In this document: positions 44,194-54,182 of the stretch, in pieces
Numbering within the stretch: the stretch's first letter is position 1
How the letters are laid out: each line of letters starts with the position of its first letter
From: Candidatus Poribacteria bacterium
Lineage (GTDB): Bacteria > Poribacteria > WGA-4E > WGA-3G
Direction of reading: 5' to 3'
Assembly: GCA_028820845.1 (NCBI GenBank)
Contig: JAPPII010000061.1
Coordinates: 1,889-65,888 of the forward strand
DNA: 64,000 nt
The notes under the pieces: model-generated
Databases searched by the model: none
Told to the model about the DNA's origin: nothing
What the model saw: the letters and a program-made list of their open reading frames with translations, nothing else
Program-made: the position numbers and the translations under genes

Positions 44194-45029
44194 GTCCATC
44201 TCAACAGCGCTGTCTCGTTGAGACGTTGCGCAAGGAGTATGCCATGCGAGAGATTTGTGAGGTGCTGGGTTTCAACAAGAGCACCTTCTATTATCAACCC
44301 AAAAGCGACCCCTCTGAAGACGTCCTACGCGCTGAAATACTGCGATTGGCAGCGGCGTATCCAACATATGGGTATAGACGTATCACGAAGATGCTGGTGG
44401 CTGAAGGGACCCCCGTTGGGTATAAGCGCGTTGCTCGGTTGATGAAAGAGATGAATCTCTTGGTCTCGGTCAAGCGTGCGTGTCGAACCACCAGATCGCT
44501 TCAAGGCGATAAACCGTGGAGCAACCTGCTTGAACCCCTTGAAGTCTCTCATCGGGATCAGGTCTGGGTCGGTGATAGCACCTACGTCCGCCTCAACAGC
44601 CGCTTCATCTATGTCGCTGTGCTCATGGATGTCTTCACACGTATGATTCGAGGGTGGAACCTCGGTCAACACTTGAGCCAAACTCTGACATTGAAACCCT
44701 TGGAGCAAGCATTACACCAAAGCGTCCCGGAGATTCATCATTCCGCTCAAGGGGTGCAATATCTTTCAAAGGCGTATCTCTCGCTGCTCAAAGCACACGC
44801 TATTGAGATTTCAATAGCTCGCAGAGGGCGTCCTTGGGAGAACGGATACGCCGAAAGGCTCATCCGCACGCTCAAGGAAGAAGAAGTCCACCTCAACGAT
44901 TACCAAGATATTACCGAGGCTCGACAAAGCATCGGTCATTTTCTCACACAGGTATATAACCATAAACGTCTCCATTCGGCGTTAGGGTATCTGACTCCTG
45001 CCGAATTTCAGAGACAAACCTTCTCTTAA
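44190..45029 (+). CDS. IS3 transposase OrfB with a substituted catalytic Asp (HSAQG instead of HSDQG)
   Basis: WVGDSTYV, IHHSAQGVQYLS (GCT at 44745-44747; copy 1 has GAT) and PWENGYAERL. Confidence 0.85.
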   Translation: MSPSQQRCLVETLRKEYAMREICEVLGFNKSTFYYQPKSDPSEDVLRAEILRLAAAYPTYGYRRITKMLVAEGTPVGYKRVARLMKEMNLLVSVKRACRTTRSLQGDKPWSNLLEPLEVSHRDQVWVGDSTYVRLNSRFIYVAVLMDVFTRMIRGWNLGQHLSQTLTLKPLEQALHQSVPEIHHSAQGVQYLSKAYLSLLKAHAIEISIARRGRPWENGYAERLIRTLKEEEVHLNDYQDITEARQSIGHFLTQVYNHKRLHSALGYLTPAEFQRQTFS

Positions 45030-45071
45030 CTTTGCGAAATTTCGGTCTAAATTAAAGGTGGCACTTCACAG

Positions 45072-46097
45072 TGTGGTTATGCACGATTTGCCTATAACTA
45101 TGCGTTGTCAGATTTTAAAAAAAACCCAAGTCATTGGCAAATCCTTGCCAAGCGTTTTAATGTCGCCAAACGAGGTATAGGGTGGACAAGTAATATGGAT
45201 CAACGTGCTGCGTTGTTTGGTATAAAAAATCTTGGCAATGCTATATCTCGTTGGCGAAAGGGTCAAAATAGGTTTCCGAAACATAAGAAACGTAGTCATC
45301 GTCAGTCTTATAGCACTGACCCGAACTCAGTCACTGTTGAAGGTAATCGCATAAAGTTGCCGAAAATTGGGTGGGTTGGCATGTTTGAGGGGCTGCGGTT
45401 TGAGGGAGAAATTGTTAAGATAACAATCTCAAGGATGGCACATAGGTGGTTTGCCTCAATAACGTTGGACACAGGAACACCACATGCTCCACGAGATACA
45501 CGTGGACTCCCTGTTGTCGGTGTAGATGTAGGCATTAACACGTTAGCAACTCTTGATAATGGCACAAAGTATTTAAATCCAAGACCGCTGAAACGCTATG
45601 AGCGTAAACTCAAGCGAGAACAGCGTAAACTCAGCAAGAAAGTGTTTCTATCTCAGAACTGGTATAAGCAGAAACGTAGAGTCGAGCGTATCCACTATCG
45701 GATTGCGTGTATACGCGAAGATGCCCAGCATAAAGCGTCTACAGAGATAGTTAACAATGCAAGTGCTATTGGTATTGAAACGCTAAAGATTACCAACATG
45801 CTGAAAAATAAAAGGCTTGCAAAGGCGTTGTCAGATAGTGCGTTAGGTGGCTTTCTGTCTAAGCTCAAGTCTAAAGCAGAAGTGATTGGTATACCTATAA
45901 TCCAAGCCCCACAGTTTTTTGCGTCAAGTCGGACGTGTAGTTGCTGTGGACACAATAAGGAAGATTTAACGCTGGCGAATAGAGAATACCATTGTGTTTT
46001 CTGTGGATATACACAGGATCGTGATATAAACGCCGCCATCAATCTAAAATACCTCGCCGTTGGGCAGACGGAGAGTCTAAACGCTTGTGGAGTTTGA
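45072..46097 (+). pseudogene. tnpB: IS200/IS605-family TnpB (RuvC-like RNA-guided nuclease family), 5'-truncated by the IS3 insertion
   Basis: The native frame starts CGYARFAYNYAL directly at the IS3 end. VVGVDVGIN, IGIETLKI, CSCCGHN...YHCVFCGYTQDRDINAAINL (zinc ribbon plus final RuvC Asp). About 25-30 N-terminal codons are missing. Confidence 0.8.
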
Positions 46098-46111
46098 GTA
46101 AGACCTCCACA
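46086..46111 (+). repeat. 7-bp perfect hairpin TGTGGAG-N12-CTCCACA spanning the tnpB stop; candidate IS605-type right-end structure
   Basis: Ends 16 nt before the iolD ATG and sits immediately before the iolD GGGAGG RBS. Confidence 0.4.
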
Positions 46112-46127
46112 AGGGAGGCATCGGATA

Positions 46128-48038
46128 ATGAAACAGGAATCAAAGAACCCTACGCCTTTAGGTGTAGAAGTTGTCAGAACACGCAAACTTACGATGGGAC
46201 AAGCCATCGTTCAATTTCTTCAGCAACAATATGTTGAGCGAGATGGGAACGAAACGCAGTTTTTCGCGGGTATGTTCGGTATCTTTGGTCACGGAAATGT
46301 TGCTGGTATCGGACAAGCCTTGCATCAGTATTCTGACTCATTTCGGTTCTATCAGACCCGAAATGAGCAATCTATGGTGCATACCGCCGCTGCGTTTGCT
46401 AAGATGAACAACCGTCTTCGGATATTTGCTTGTACATCTTCTATTGGTCCAGGGGCGACGAACATGCTTACGGGTGCTGCGGGTGCCACTATTAACCGGT
46501 TGCCTGTTCTCTTGTTACCGGGCGACATCTTTTCCACCCGTTTAGTTGCGCCAGTTTTACAGCAATTGGAGTCGTCGAGTTCTCAAGATTATTCGGTGAA
46601 CGATTGCTTTAAGCCGATTTCGCGTTACTGGGATCGGATTAATCGTCCAGAGCAGATAATCACAGCGTTGCCGGAAGTGATGCGTGTCTTGACATCGCAG
46701 GCAGATACGGGCACTGTAACTTTGGCACTTCCGCAAGACGTTCAAGCCGAGGCGTATGACTATCCTTCACAACTCTTTGAGAAACGCGTTTACACTATAC
46801 CTCGTCCGCGTGCGGATGCGGGGTTGTTCAATCGGGCAGCGGCCTGGATTCGTGAGAGCAAACGCCCATTGATTATTGCCGGTGGGGGTGTTATCTACAG
46901 TGAAGCCACGGAACAACTCGCCCAATTTGTGGAAAAGACCGGTATCCCGGTCGGTGAAACCTTCGCTGGAAAAGGTTCACTGTCCTATAATCATCCACAG
47001 AATCTCGGCGCAATTGGCGCGACGGGCACACCGGGGGCAAATATCACAGCGCGCGAAGCGGACTTGGTAATAGCGATTGGCACCCGTTTGAGTGATTTCA
47101 CAACGGCTTCCAAAACGGCTTTCCAAAATCCGGATGTCCGTTTCATCAATATTAATGTTGCTGAATTTGATGCCTATAAACACGCTGCTTTACCGCTTGT
47201 CGCCGATGCTCGTGTCACACTTGAGGAACTTGCTACCGCTGTTGGAGACTATCGTGTTGATGCAGCCTACGCCGCACAAATTGAGAAGTATCGTGATGAG
47301 TGGGAAGTCGAGGTTGATCGGCTTTATCATCTCGGACACGGACCCTTACCGAGTCAAAGTGAAGTGATTGGCGTGGTTAACGAATTTTCGCGTCCTGAAG
47401 ATGTCATGGTTTGTGCGGCAGGGAGCCTGCCTGGCGACTTACACAAATTGTGGCGGACACGTAATCCGAAACAGTATCATTTGGAATATGGCTACTCATG
47501 TATGGGATATGAAATCGCCGGTGGGTTAGGCATCAAGATGGCGGATCCAAGTCGCGATGTGTATGTCATGGTAGGGGACGGTTCATATTTGATGTTAGCA
47601 CAGGAAATTATTACATCAATCCAAGAAGGCTATAAACTAATTATTGTTCTTGTGAACAATGAGGGGCATAGCAGCATCGGAGGACTGTCTCGCGCAACGG
47701 GCGCGCAAGGTTTTGCTACCCGTTTCCGTTACCGCGACGAAGAGAACGGTCAACTTGCGGGTGACTTTTTACCGGTGGATCTTGCAGCGAATGCTGGCAG
47801 CCTCGGTGCCAAGGTGATTGAAGCGACGACCTTACAAAGCCTGAAGGCTGCACTGGCTGAGGCACGCGAAGCGGAGCAGACAACCGTTGTAAAGATTGAT
47901 GTGGACTACTACGAAGGGGTCCCGCGCTATGAATCCTGGTGGGATGTGCCTATCGCAGAGGTTTCCGAAGTTGACACGGCGCAAGAGGCGTATAAAGAAT
48001 ACGAGTCTGATAAACGGAAAGAGCGTTATTTCCTATAA
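46128..48038 (+). CDS. iolD: 3D-(3,5/4)-trihydroxycyclohexane-1,2-dione acylhydrolase (ThDP-dependent)
   Basis: RKLTMGQAIVQFLQQQYVERDG aligns with my recollection of the B. subtilis IolD N-terminus. ThDP motif GDGSYLM...NN. 636 aa. Confidence 0.85.
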   Translation: MKQESKNPTPLGVEVVRTRKLTMGQAIVQFLQQQYVERDGNETQFFAGMFGIFGHGNVAGIGQALHQYSDSFRFYQTRNEQSMVHTAAAFAKMNNRLRIFACTSSIGPGATNMLTGAAGATINRLPVLLLPGDIFSTRLVAPVLQQLESSSSQDYSVNDCFKPISRYWDRINRPEQIITALPEVMRVLTSQADTGTVTLALPQDVQAEAYDYPSQLFEKRVYTIPRPRADAGLFNRAAAWIRESKRPLIIAGGGVIYSEATEQLAQFVEKTGIPVGETFAGKGSLSYNHPQNLGAIGATGTPGANITAREADLVIAIGTRLSDFTTASKTAFQNPDVRFININVAEFDAYKHAALPLVADARVTLEELATAVGDYRVDAAYAAQIEKYRDEWEVEVDRLYHLGHGPLPSQSEVIGVVNEFSRPEDVMVCAAGSLPGDLHKLWRTRNPKQYHLEYGYSCMGYEIAGGLGIKMADPSRDVYVMVGDGSYLMLAQEIITSIQEGYKLIIVLVNNEGHSSIGGLSRATGAQGFATRFRYRDEENGQLAGDFLPVDLAANAGSLGAKVIEATTLQSLKAALAEAREAEQTTVVKIDVDYYEGVPRYESWWDVPIAEVSEVDTAQEAYKEYESDKRKERYFL

Positions 48039-48070
48039 GCATCAGCATAACTTTCAATGGAAGGAAGATT

Positions 48071-48310
48071 GTGAAAGCATCAGAACTTTTAGAGAACGTT
48101 AAGTCTGGAGAGGCTGTCCAGTGTGGTTCGTGTGATGAGAAAATTCCAGCGGGCGAAGTTTTAGGGTTCGTATTTAAGTTGGGAAAACTTGCACCGCGTA
48201 TGGAAAATGTGAACGTCGGTGAGATTACTTGTGTCCACTGTCAAGAAGCAGATCCAGATATCAAGATTACACCGCGCGGACCGGATATTAAGTTTACTCG
48301 CGGCGATTAA
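48071..48310 (+). CDS. small Cys-rich (CxxC...CxxC) hypothetical protein
   Basis: GTG start. CGSCDEK...CVHCQE. C-terminal internal repeat PDIKITPRG/PDIKFTRG. Confidence 0.45.
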   Translation: MKASELLENVKSGEAVQCGSCDEKIPAGEVLGFVFKLGKLAPRMENVNVGEITCVHCQEADPDIKITPRGPDIKFTRGD

Positions 48311-48353
48311 TTAATCTGTCGAGACACGTAATCCTATCTGTCTGTATTTCAGG

Positions 48354-49088
48354 ATGTCCGAATACATTGTTGGTAGAAATCCAGTTATCGAATATCTACA
48401 GCATCGTGCGCGTTATATCGAAAAAATTTGGGTTGCTGAGGGGAGCAGCCACTCGCGGGTCCGTCACATCATCGCGAAGGCACAACAGGCGGGTATCCCG
48501 GTAAAACGCTGCGCGCGACGTGAATTGGATAGCATCGAACCCTCTGTTCCGCATCAAGGTGTTATCGCACTTGTTAATCTAACGCATTATAGTGACCTGC
48601 CAACAATACTCGCAAAGATACAAAACAATAAGACGGATTCATTGTTGGTAATGTTGGATGGTGTTCAGGATCCGAGGAACCTTGGTGCGATTCTCCGGAC
48701 TGCGGATGCTGCTAACGCCGATGCTGTCCTCATTCCAAAGAATCGCGCTGTTGGTATCACGCCGGCTGTACACAAAGCGTCGGCGGGTGCGTCTGAGCAC
48801 GTACCTATCGCCAGGGTAACGAATATTGCGCGAACTATAGATCTTCTGAAGAAAGCAGGTATATGGGTCGTCGGTTCTGTTGGAGATGCGTCCTGTGCAT
48901 ATACGGATGCGGATTTCAAGGTTCCGCTGTGTCTCGTTTTAGGAAGTGAAGGTGGGGGTATTCGGAGACTCGTGAAACAGAAATGTGATTATCTCGTACA
49001 CTTACCGATGTTAGGACGAATTGACTCCCTAAATGTTTCCGTTGCAGCGGGTATCCTATTATACGAAGTGCTTCGGCAACGTACCTGA
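48354..49088 (+). CDS. rlmB: 23S rRNA (guanosine-2'-O)-methyltransferase, SpoU/TrmH family
   Basis: GRNPVIE, LDGVQDPRNLGAILRTADAA, IPMLGRIDSLNVSVAAGILLYE. Confidence 0.85.
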   Translation: MSEYIVGRNPVIEYLQHRARYIEKIWVAEGSSHSRVRHIIAKAQQAGIPVKRCARRELDSIEPSVPHQGVIALVNLTHYSDLPTILAKIQNNKTDSLLVMLDGVQDPRNLGAILRTADAANADAVLIPKNRAVGITPAVHKASAGASEHVPIARVTNIARTIDLLKKAGIWVVGSVGDASCAYTDADFKVPLCLVLGSEGGGIRRLVKQKCDYLVHLPMLGRIDSLNVSVAAGILLYEVLRQRT

Positions 49089-49105
49089 GAATGTCATTAA
49101 GCTCG

Positions 49106-49849
49106 TTAAATAAAACCCTCTTCCTTTAGGCTGACAAAGATGCCGTCTCCGATAATGACATGATCCAATACTTTAATCCCGATGTGATCTCCCGCCTCAA
49201 TCAGTTGTTTTGTCGCGCGAATGTCTTCTTGACTCGGCTGTGGATCACCAGATGGATGATTGTGAACGAGGACAATTGAATTTGCGGATTCCTCAATTGC
49301 GAATCGAAAAATTTCGCGCGGGTGAAAAACACTGGCGTTTAGCGTACCTTCAAAAACTGTCCCTTCGGACAACTTTTTCCCCCATGATGCCTCAGTGCCG
49401 AGGTCTCCAGCCACACCTTTGGTTGTTACACCACCTTTAGTATCCAGGCACAATACACAAACAATTTCTTTTTTTAGATAGCGCATTTTCGACATCATCA
49501 AGTCTGCAACATCGCTTGGGGATGTAATCTTGTCGCGATCGGCGTGAAAGCGTGCCAATCGTTTTCCGAGTTCAAAAGCCGCGACAATCTGTGCTGCCTT
49601 TGCCTCGCCAATTCCTTTGATTTTCTCAAATTGCTTGGAGTTGTTGTCTGCCATCCGCTTCAAGTCGCCTTCAAATGTCATGAGGATTTGCTCACCGAGT
49701 TGGACAGCCGTTGTGCCTTTAAAGCCGTCCTTAAGGATAATCGCCAAAAGGTCTGAGTCTCTTAGATTTTCGGGTCCGTATTTACGCAGCCTCTCACGTG
49801 GACGTTCATCTTTAGGCAGGTCCTTGATTCGTGGGTTCAGAGTGTACAT
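49106..49849 (-). CDS. radC: RadC-family JAB/MPN domain protein
   Basis: PRERL, SDLLAIIL, HhH GIGEAKAAQI, and JAMM motif HNHPSGDPQPSQED. Confidence 0.88.
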   Translation of the reverse strand: MYTLNPRIKDLPKDERPRERLRKYGPENLRDSDLLAIILKDGFKGTTAVQLGEQILMTFEGDLKRMADNNSKQFEKIKGIGEAKAAQIVAAFELGKRLARFHADRDKITSPSDVADLMMSKMRYLKKEIVCVLCLDTKGGVTTKGVAGDLGTEASWGKKLSEGTVFEGTLNASVFHPREIFRFAIEESANSIVLVHNHPSGDPQPSQEDIRATKQLIEAGDHIGIKVLDHVIIGDGIFVSLKEEGFI

Positions 49850-50008
49850 TACTTTCCTTTCTGTAGCGTAGAAAATTTGCTGACATTATATCCGATTTTT
49901 GAGATAAAAACAAACAAAATCAGATGGGCTTTCGATAAACTAAATTTTGGGTAGGTAAACCTTTTCTAATAAAGCTTGGTTAAAATAGTTAAACACTTAA
50001 ATTGAGTG

Positions 50009-50037
50009 TTGACAAATAAAGAAAAAAAATGTAAAAT
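50009..50037 (+). promoter_or_regulatory. sigma70-type promoter (TTGACA-17 nt-TAAAAT); the inverted repeat AACACT-N7-AGTGTT overlaps the -35
   Basis: TTGACA at 50009-50014 and TAAAAT at 50032-50037. The inverted repeat spans 49992-50010. Confidence 0.5.
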
Positions 50038-50089
50038 TAAAAAGTAAGTTGGTGTTTTCAGTTTCAAGAGCATAAATAAGGAGAAAATC

Positions 50090-50437
50090 ATGGCAACTAC
50101 GATTCGTCAGCAAGATGGTGTTGCAGTTTTAGAACCGAGTGGGAAGATAATGGGAGCAGCAGTTTCTGAATTACGAGAGGCGATCGTTTCGCAAATAGAT
50201 GCCTCTGACGAACCGCGCATTCTCATTAATTTTGAGCGCGTTAATATGATGGACAGTTCCGGTCTCGGGACCCTTATGGGCGCACATGTCACTGCGACGC
50301 GTAAGAATGGTCGGATTGGCGTCATTAATGTCGGAAGGAACATCAAAAATTTGATTGTTCGCAGCCGGCTCGTTAGTATCTTTGAGCATTTTGATAACGA
50401 GAGCGAGGCGATTGCTGAGTTATCAAGTGAAAGTTAA
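50090..50437 (+). CDS. STAS-domain anti-sigma-factor antagonist
   Basis: MMDSSGLGTLMG (phosphorylatable Ser context). 115 aa. Confidence 0.85.
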   Translation: MATTIRQQDGVAVLEPSGKIMGAAVSELREAIVSQIDASDEPRILINFERVNMMDSSGLGTLMGAHVTATRKNGRIGVINVGRNIKNLIVRSRLVSIFEHFDNESEAIAELSSES

Positions 50438-50498
50438 GCGGTGCTATTAGAGGGTTTGCATCCAAAACTCAGATAGATTGGTGTATTAGGAGTGTGTT

Positions 50499-50849
50499 AT
50501 GTCAATCACCGTATCGGAGAAAGAAGGGGTAGTGATTTTTAGGTTGATGGGTAGGATAATCTCCCCGGGTATCAAGGAGGTCTCGGAGACTGTGGCAGAG
50601 ACATTGGCAGACCTTGCTACTCCGCCCAGACTTGTGTTTGACTTTAAAGATGTGACGGGAATGGATAGTTCTGGTCTTGGCGCATTAATGAAAGTTTATT
50701 CCGATATTCACCCTCGAGGGGGGCAAATTGCGGTGATTAATGTGAATAAGCATGTCAAAAACCTCATCGTTATGGCGCGATTGATCACCGTCTTTAGGAA
50801 TTTTGAAAGTGAAGACGATGCTGTTGCTGCTTTGCTGCGGCACCCGTAA
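50499..50849 (+). CDS. STAS-domain anti-sigma-factor antagonist
   Basis: GMDSSGLGALMK. 116 aa. Paralog of the preceding gene. Confidence 0.85.
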   Translation: MSITVSEKEGVVIFRLMGRIISPGIKEVSETVAETLADLATPPRLVFDFKDVTGMDSSGLGALMKVYSDIHPRGGQIAVINVNKHVKNLIVMARLITVFRNFESEDDAVAALLRHP

Positions 50850-50945
50850 ACCGGTTCTGGTGAATTTAGGTTTTATTGCAACGCGGGTGCCTTGAAAAAC
50901 CAACAAGCAACATACTAAGTCTTACTATCTATATAGGGATATCTC

Positions 50946-51707
50946 ATGATTAAAAATATCCTCGTCGCGATCGGCGATACGGATTATGAAAAGAATGCCT
51001 TTGAGTACGCTGGACAATTAGCGGTGCTTTTGGGTACACATCTATCGTGTGTTTTCTTTCAAGACAGCAATCACGGTGGAAGTGCTGAGATGGCTGAGGC
51101 TATTCTCCATAGAACAGAAGCGGAATGCTCACTTTACGACTTTTTGGATTATCATGTTGAAGCGATTGCTGGTAACCCTCGCCAGATGATTTGCGAAAAG
51201 GCGCGCTCCGCTGATCTCGTTGTTGTAGGGCTTCCTGAAGATGTAAGCGAGCGTCGGCGGAAACTGATTCAGAATCAGATTGACGATGTTCTGTTGCATG
51301 TTACGAGACCTATCATCGTAGTGCATGAACAGTGTACGCTTTTGCGAAAGATTCTTGCTGTCCATCACGGGGACGTTTACTCCGATCATGTGTTGAGTTG
51401 GGTTGCCGAGATCGGTGAGTTGACAAAAGCCGGTATCCTTGGGCTCGCGCTTTCGAGTACGCAACCTCAGGCGACAGAAATTAAACAGCAGATGGAAGCA
51501 TACTTGCACTACTATGACGTTGAAGCGAATTTCCTTACTGCCCGCGGCTTTACAGTATCGAATATTTTGGAAAATGCGGAGGCAAACGATTGTGATTTAA
51601 TCGCCCTAAGTGCGAGTCATCACGGTAGGTTGTATGAACTGGTTTTTCAAAGTACAACGCAAACTGTTGTCAAACTGGCAAATCGCGCGGTTTTGGTGAC
51701 GAAGTAA
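50946..51707 (+). CDS. tandem universal stress protein (UspA family)
   Basis: Two USP halves: ILVAIGDTD...LVVVG and ILAVHHGD...LIALSASHHG...VLV. Confidence 0.7.
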   Translation: MIKNILVAIGDTDYEKNAFEYAGQLAVLLGTHLSCVFFQDSNHGGSAEMAEAILHRTEAECSLYDFLDYHVEAIAGNPRQMICEKARSADLVVVGLPEDVSERRRKLIQNQIDDVLLHVTRPIIVVHEQCTLLRKILAVHHGDVYSDHVLSWVAEIGELTKAGILGLALSSTQPQATEIKQQMEAYLHYYDVEANFLTARGFTVSNILENAEANDCDLIALSASHHGRLYELVFQSTTQTVVKLANRAVLVTK

Positions 51708-51771
51708 CCTTCCTACCATCACAATGGTGTGGCGCGAGGCGTTTCTACCTCGTACCTTCTGGAGCGGAAAT

Positions 51772-54108
51772 ATGAAGCAGCTTAAGAACGCAACTCGCAA
51801 GCGCAACGTAACAGAAGACACCGTTGAACTTAATTCTTTTTTTCACATCTCTTCGGACATGTTTGGGTATATCCGTTGTGACGGTAGTTTCGTCGCGCTT
51901 AACTCAGCATGGCAAGACACCCTCGGATTTACCCCCCCAGAAATACAAAATCGGCAGTGGGATCTGTTGATACATCCGGCTGATAGACAGGAAACCCTCA
52001 CTAAAATTGAAGGCGTAAAGACAGGGGAACATGAGCGCGTTACCTTTGAAAATCGCTTTCAGTGCCAGGACGCATCCTATAAGTGGTTGAGGTGGCACGC
52101 AACGAAGCCGCCTGAAGAGGATCGCTGCTATATCGTCGTCAATGATATCACGATGCAGAAGCAGTTGGAAGCGAAGTTGAGAGAAAACGAAACCCGTTTC
52201 CAGCAGCTGGCAGTGAAACATACCGAAGAAAGCGAATTCTTGCATACCCTGATGGCAAACACGCCTGATCACATCTATTTTAAGGATACAGAAAGCCGAT
52301 TTGTCCGAATTAACCGCTCTTTGGCTGACCGATTTGGTTTGAAAAATCCGGCGGAGGCAGTACTAAAAACAGATTTTGATTTCTTTACGCGTGAACATGC
52401 TCAGCAAGCCTATCAAGATGAGCAGACTGTTATCAAATCTGGGACACCCATTGAGGCTAAACAGGAAAAAGAGACGTGGCCCAATGAGCAAGACACGTGG
52501 GTGTCAACGACGAAAGTCCCGATTCGCGATAGAGAGGGGCGTATTAAAGGAACGTGTGGTATCTCACGAGATATAACCGAATACTATCGCGCCCAACAAG
52601 CAGTTCAAGACTCTGAGGCGAAGTGGCGGTCTCTGGTTGAAAGTGCTCCGGATATTATCTCGACTATGGACTTGGATTGTCGTCTGACATTTGTCAATAG
52701 ACTTCCGGCTAATCTCGGATTAGGACCACAAGATGTTATCGGAAAAAGTGTTTTTGATTTCCTTGCGGAGGAGCATCATGAACGGCTTAGGGAGGCTTGT
52801 GCACAGGTAATCGAAACTGGCGAGGTTGCCACCTATGAGGTCCGAGGACAGATGAGTGGATACTGGTACGCTTCGTGTCTGGGACCCATCAAGCCAGAGG
52901 GACGACTCGTAGGGTTCGTAATGACTTCGACGGATATAACTGATCGGAAGCAAGCGGAGATTGAATTGCAGCGTAGTGAGGAGCGCTTTCGGCGTGCTGT
53001 GTTGAATGCGCCGCTGCCAATTATGATCCACTCTGAGGATGGTGAAGTTCTACAGATTAGCCGAGCATGGACGGAATTAACTGGATATACCCACGCGGAT
53101 ATTCCAACGGTTGCAAAATGGCTTGAGCAAACGAGTAACAAAGAAGCTGAGGCAATCAAAGGGCATCTCTCACAGTTGTATCGTTCCACAGAACGGGTGG
53201 CGGAGGGAGAGTACGAAATTTTTACCAAGTCGGGTGAAAAGCAGATATGGGAATTTAGTTCGTCGTTGCTTGGGGAACTTCCGGACAACAGACGCTTAGG
53301 CATTAGTATGGCACTTAATGTTACCGAGCGGATAAAAACCCAAAAAGCGATGCAACAGGCGAAGGAGACTGCTGAATATGCAAGTCGCGCAAAAAGTGAT
53401 TTTCTCGCGAATATGAGTCATGAATTGCGAACGCCGTTAAATGCTATCATCGGCTTTGCTGAAATTCTCAGAGATGAACTCGTTGGGAGTATCAACCCTG
53501 AACAGAAAGAGTGCATCAACGATATTCATATTAGCGGTCAACATTTACTGGAGATGATCAACGACATCCTTGATTTGTCAAAAATCGAAGCTGGAAAGAT
53601 GGTGTTGCATCTCGAGGAATTCTCTATTGTTGAAGCAGTGGAAGAGGTAAATGCAATTATCACCGCGCTTGCTGTGAAAAAAGATTTGGACCTCACCTTG
53701 ACCTATAATCAGGAGGGCCTAATTGAAGCCGATCGGATTAAATTTAAGCAAATCTTCTACAATTTGCTCTCCAATGCGGTAAAATTTACACCAGAGGGTG
53801 GAAAAGTTACAACGCAGTTGGAGGTCAATGAAACAGAGTTGTGTGCTCAAGTTATGGATACAGGGATAGGTATCTCCGAAGCCGATCAAGCTAAACTCTT
53901 CGCGCCATTTACGCAAATTGATACATCAAAATCCCGACGCTACGGAGGAACAGGGCTCGGTTTAGCATTGACACAAAGGCTTATCGCCTTGCATGGCGGT
54001 GGAATTAGTGTTAGAAGTCAGGAAGGTAAAGGAAGTAGTTTCACCCTGAGAATTCCACTGCAACACTTAAAAATTGAAGCCAGTAATGTGTTTGATGAAG
54101 CAATATAG
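51772..54108 (+). CDS. multi-PAS sensor histidine kinase
   Basis: Several PAS units. HisKA FLANMSHELRTPLNAI. HATPase N-box NLLSNAVKFT and G-boxes DTGIGI and GGTGLGLAL. ATG 51772 is preferred over 51724. Confidence 0.9.
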   Translation: MKQLKNATRKRNVTEDTVELNSFFHISSDMFGYIRCDGSFVALNSAWQDTLGFTPPEIQNRQWDLLIHPADRQETLTKIEGVKTGEHERVTFENRFQCQDASYKWLRWHATKPPEEDRCYIVVNDITMQKQLEAKLRENETRFQQLAVKHTEESEFLHTLMANTPDHIYFKDTESRFVRINRSLADRFGLKNPAEAVLKTDFDFFTREHAQQAYQDEQTVIKSGTPIEAKQEKETWPNEQDTWVSTTKVPIRDREGRIKGTCGISRDITEYYRAQQAVQDSEAKWRSLVESAPDIISTMDLDCRLTFVNRLPANLGLGPQDVIGKSVFDFLAEEHHERLREACAQVIETGEVATYEVRGQMSGYWYASCLGPIKPEGRLVGFVMTSTDITDRKQAEIELQRSEERFRRAVLNAPLPIMIHSEDGEVLQISRAWTELTGYTHADIPTVAKWLEQTSNKEAEAIKGHLSQLYRSTERVAEGEYEIFTKSGEKQIWEFSSSLLGELPDNRRLGISMALNVTERIKTQKAMQQAKETAEYASRAKSDFLANMSHELRTPLNAIIGFAEILRDELVGSINPEQKECINDIHISGQHLLEMINDILDLSKIEAGKMVLHLEEFSIVEAVEEVNAIITALAVKKDLDLTLTYNQEGLIEADRIKFKQIFYNLLSNAVKFTPEGGKVTTQLEVNETELCAQVMDTGIGISEADQAKLFAPFTQIDTSKSRRYGGTGLGLALTQRLIALHGGGISVRSQEGKGSSFTLRIPLQHLKIEASNVFDEAI

Positions 54109-54182
54109 GGTTGAATGATGGAAACTTCACTTTGCACAACTGAGGCTAATTTCAGACGACTGGCTTAAACAGAGGGCGACCC

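Larger units (their letters stand above)
43825..45068 (+). mobile_element. IS3-family insertion sequence, copy 2 (1244 bp)
   Basis: Same termini as copy 1. The left 86 nt differ at about 4 positions, while the interior is more diverged. A8 slippery run at 44165-44172. Confidence 0.9.
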
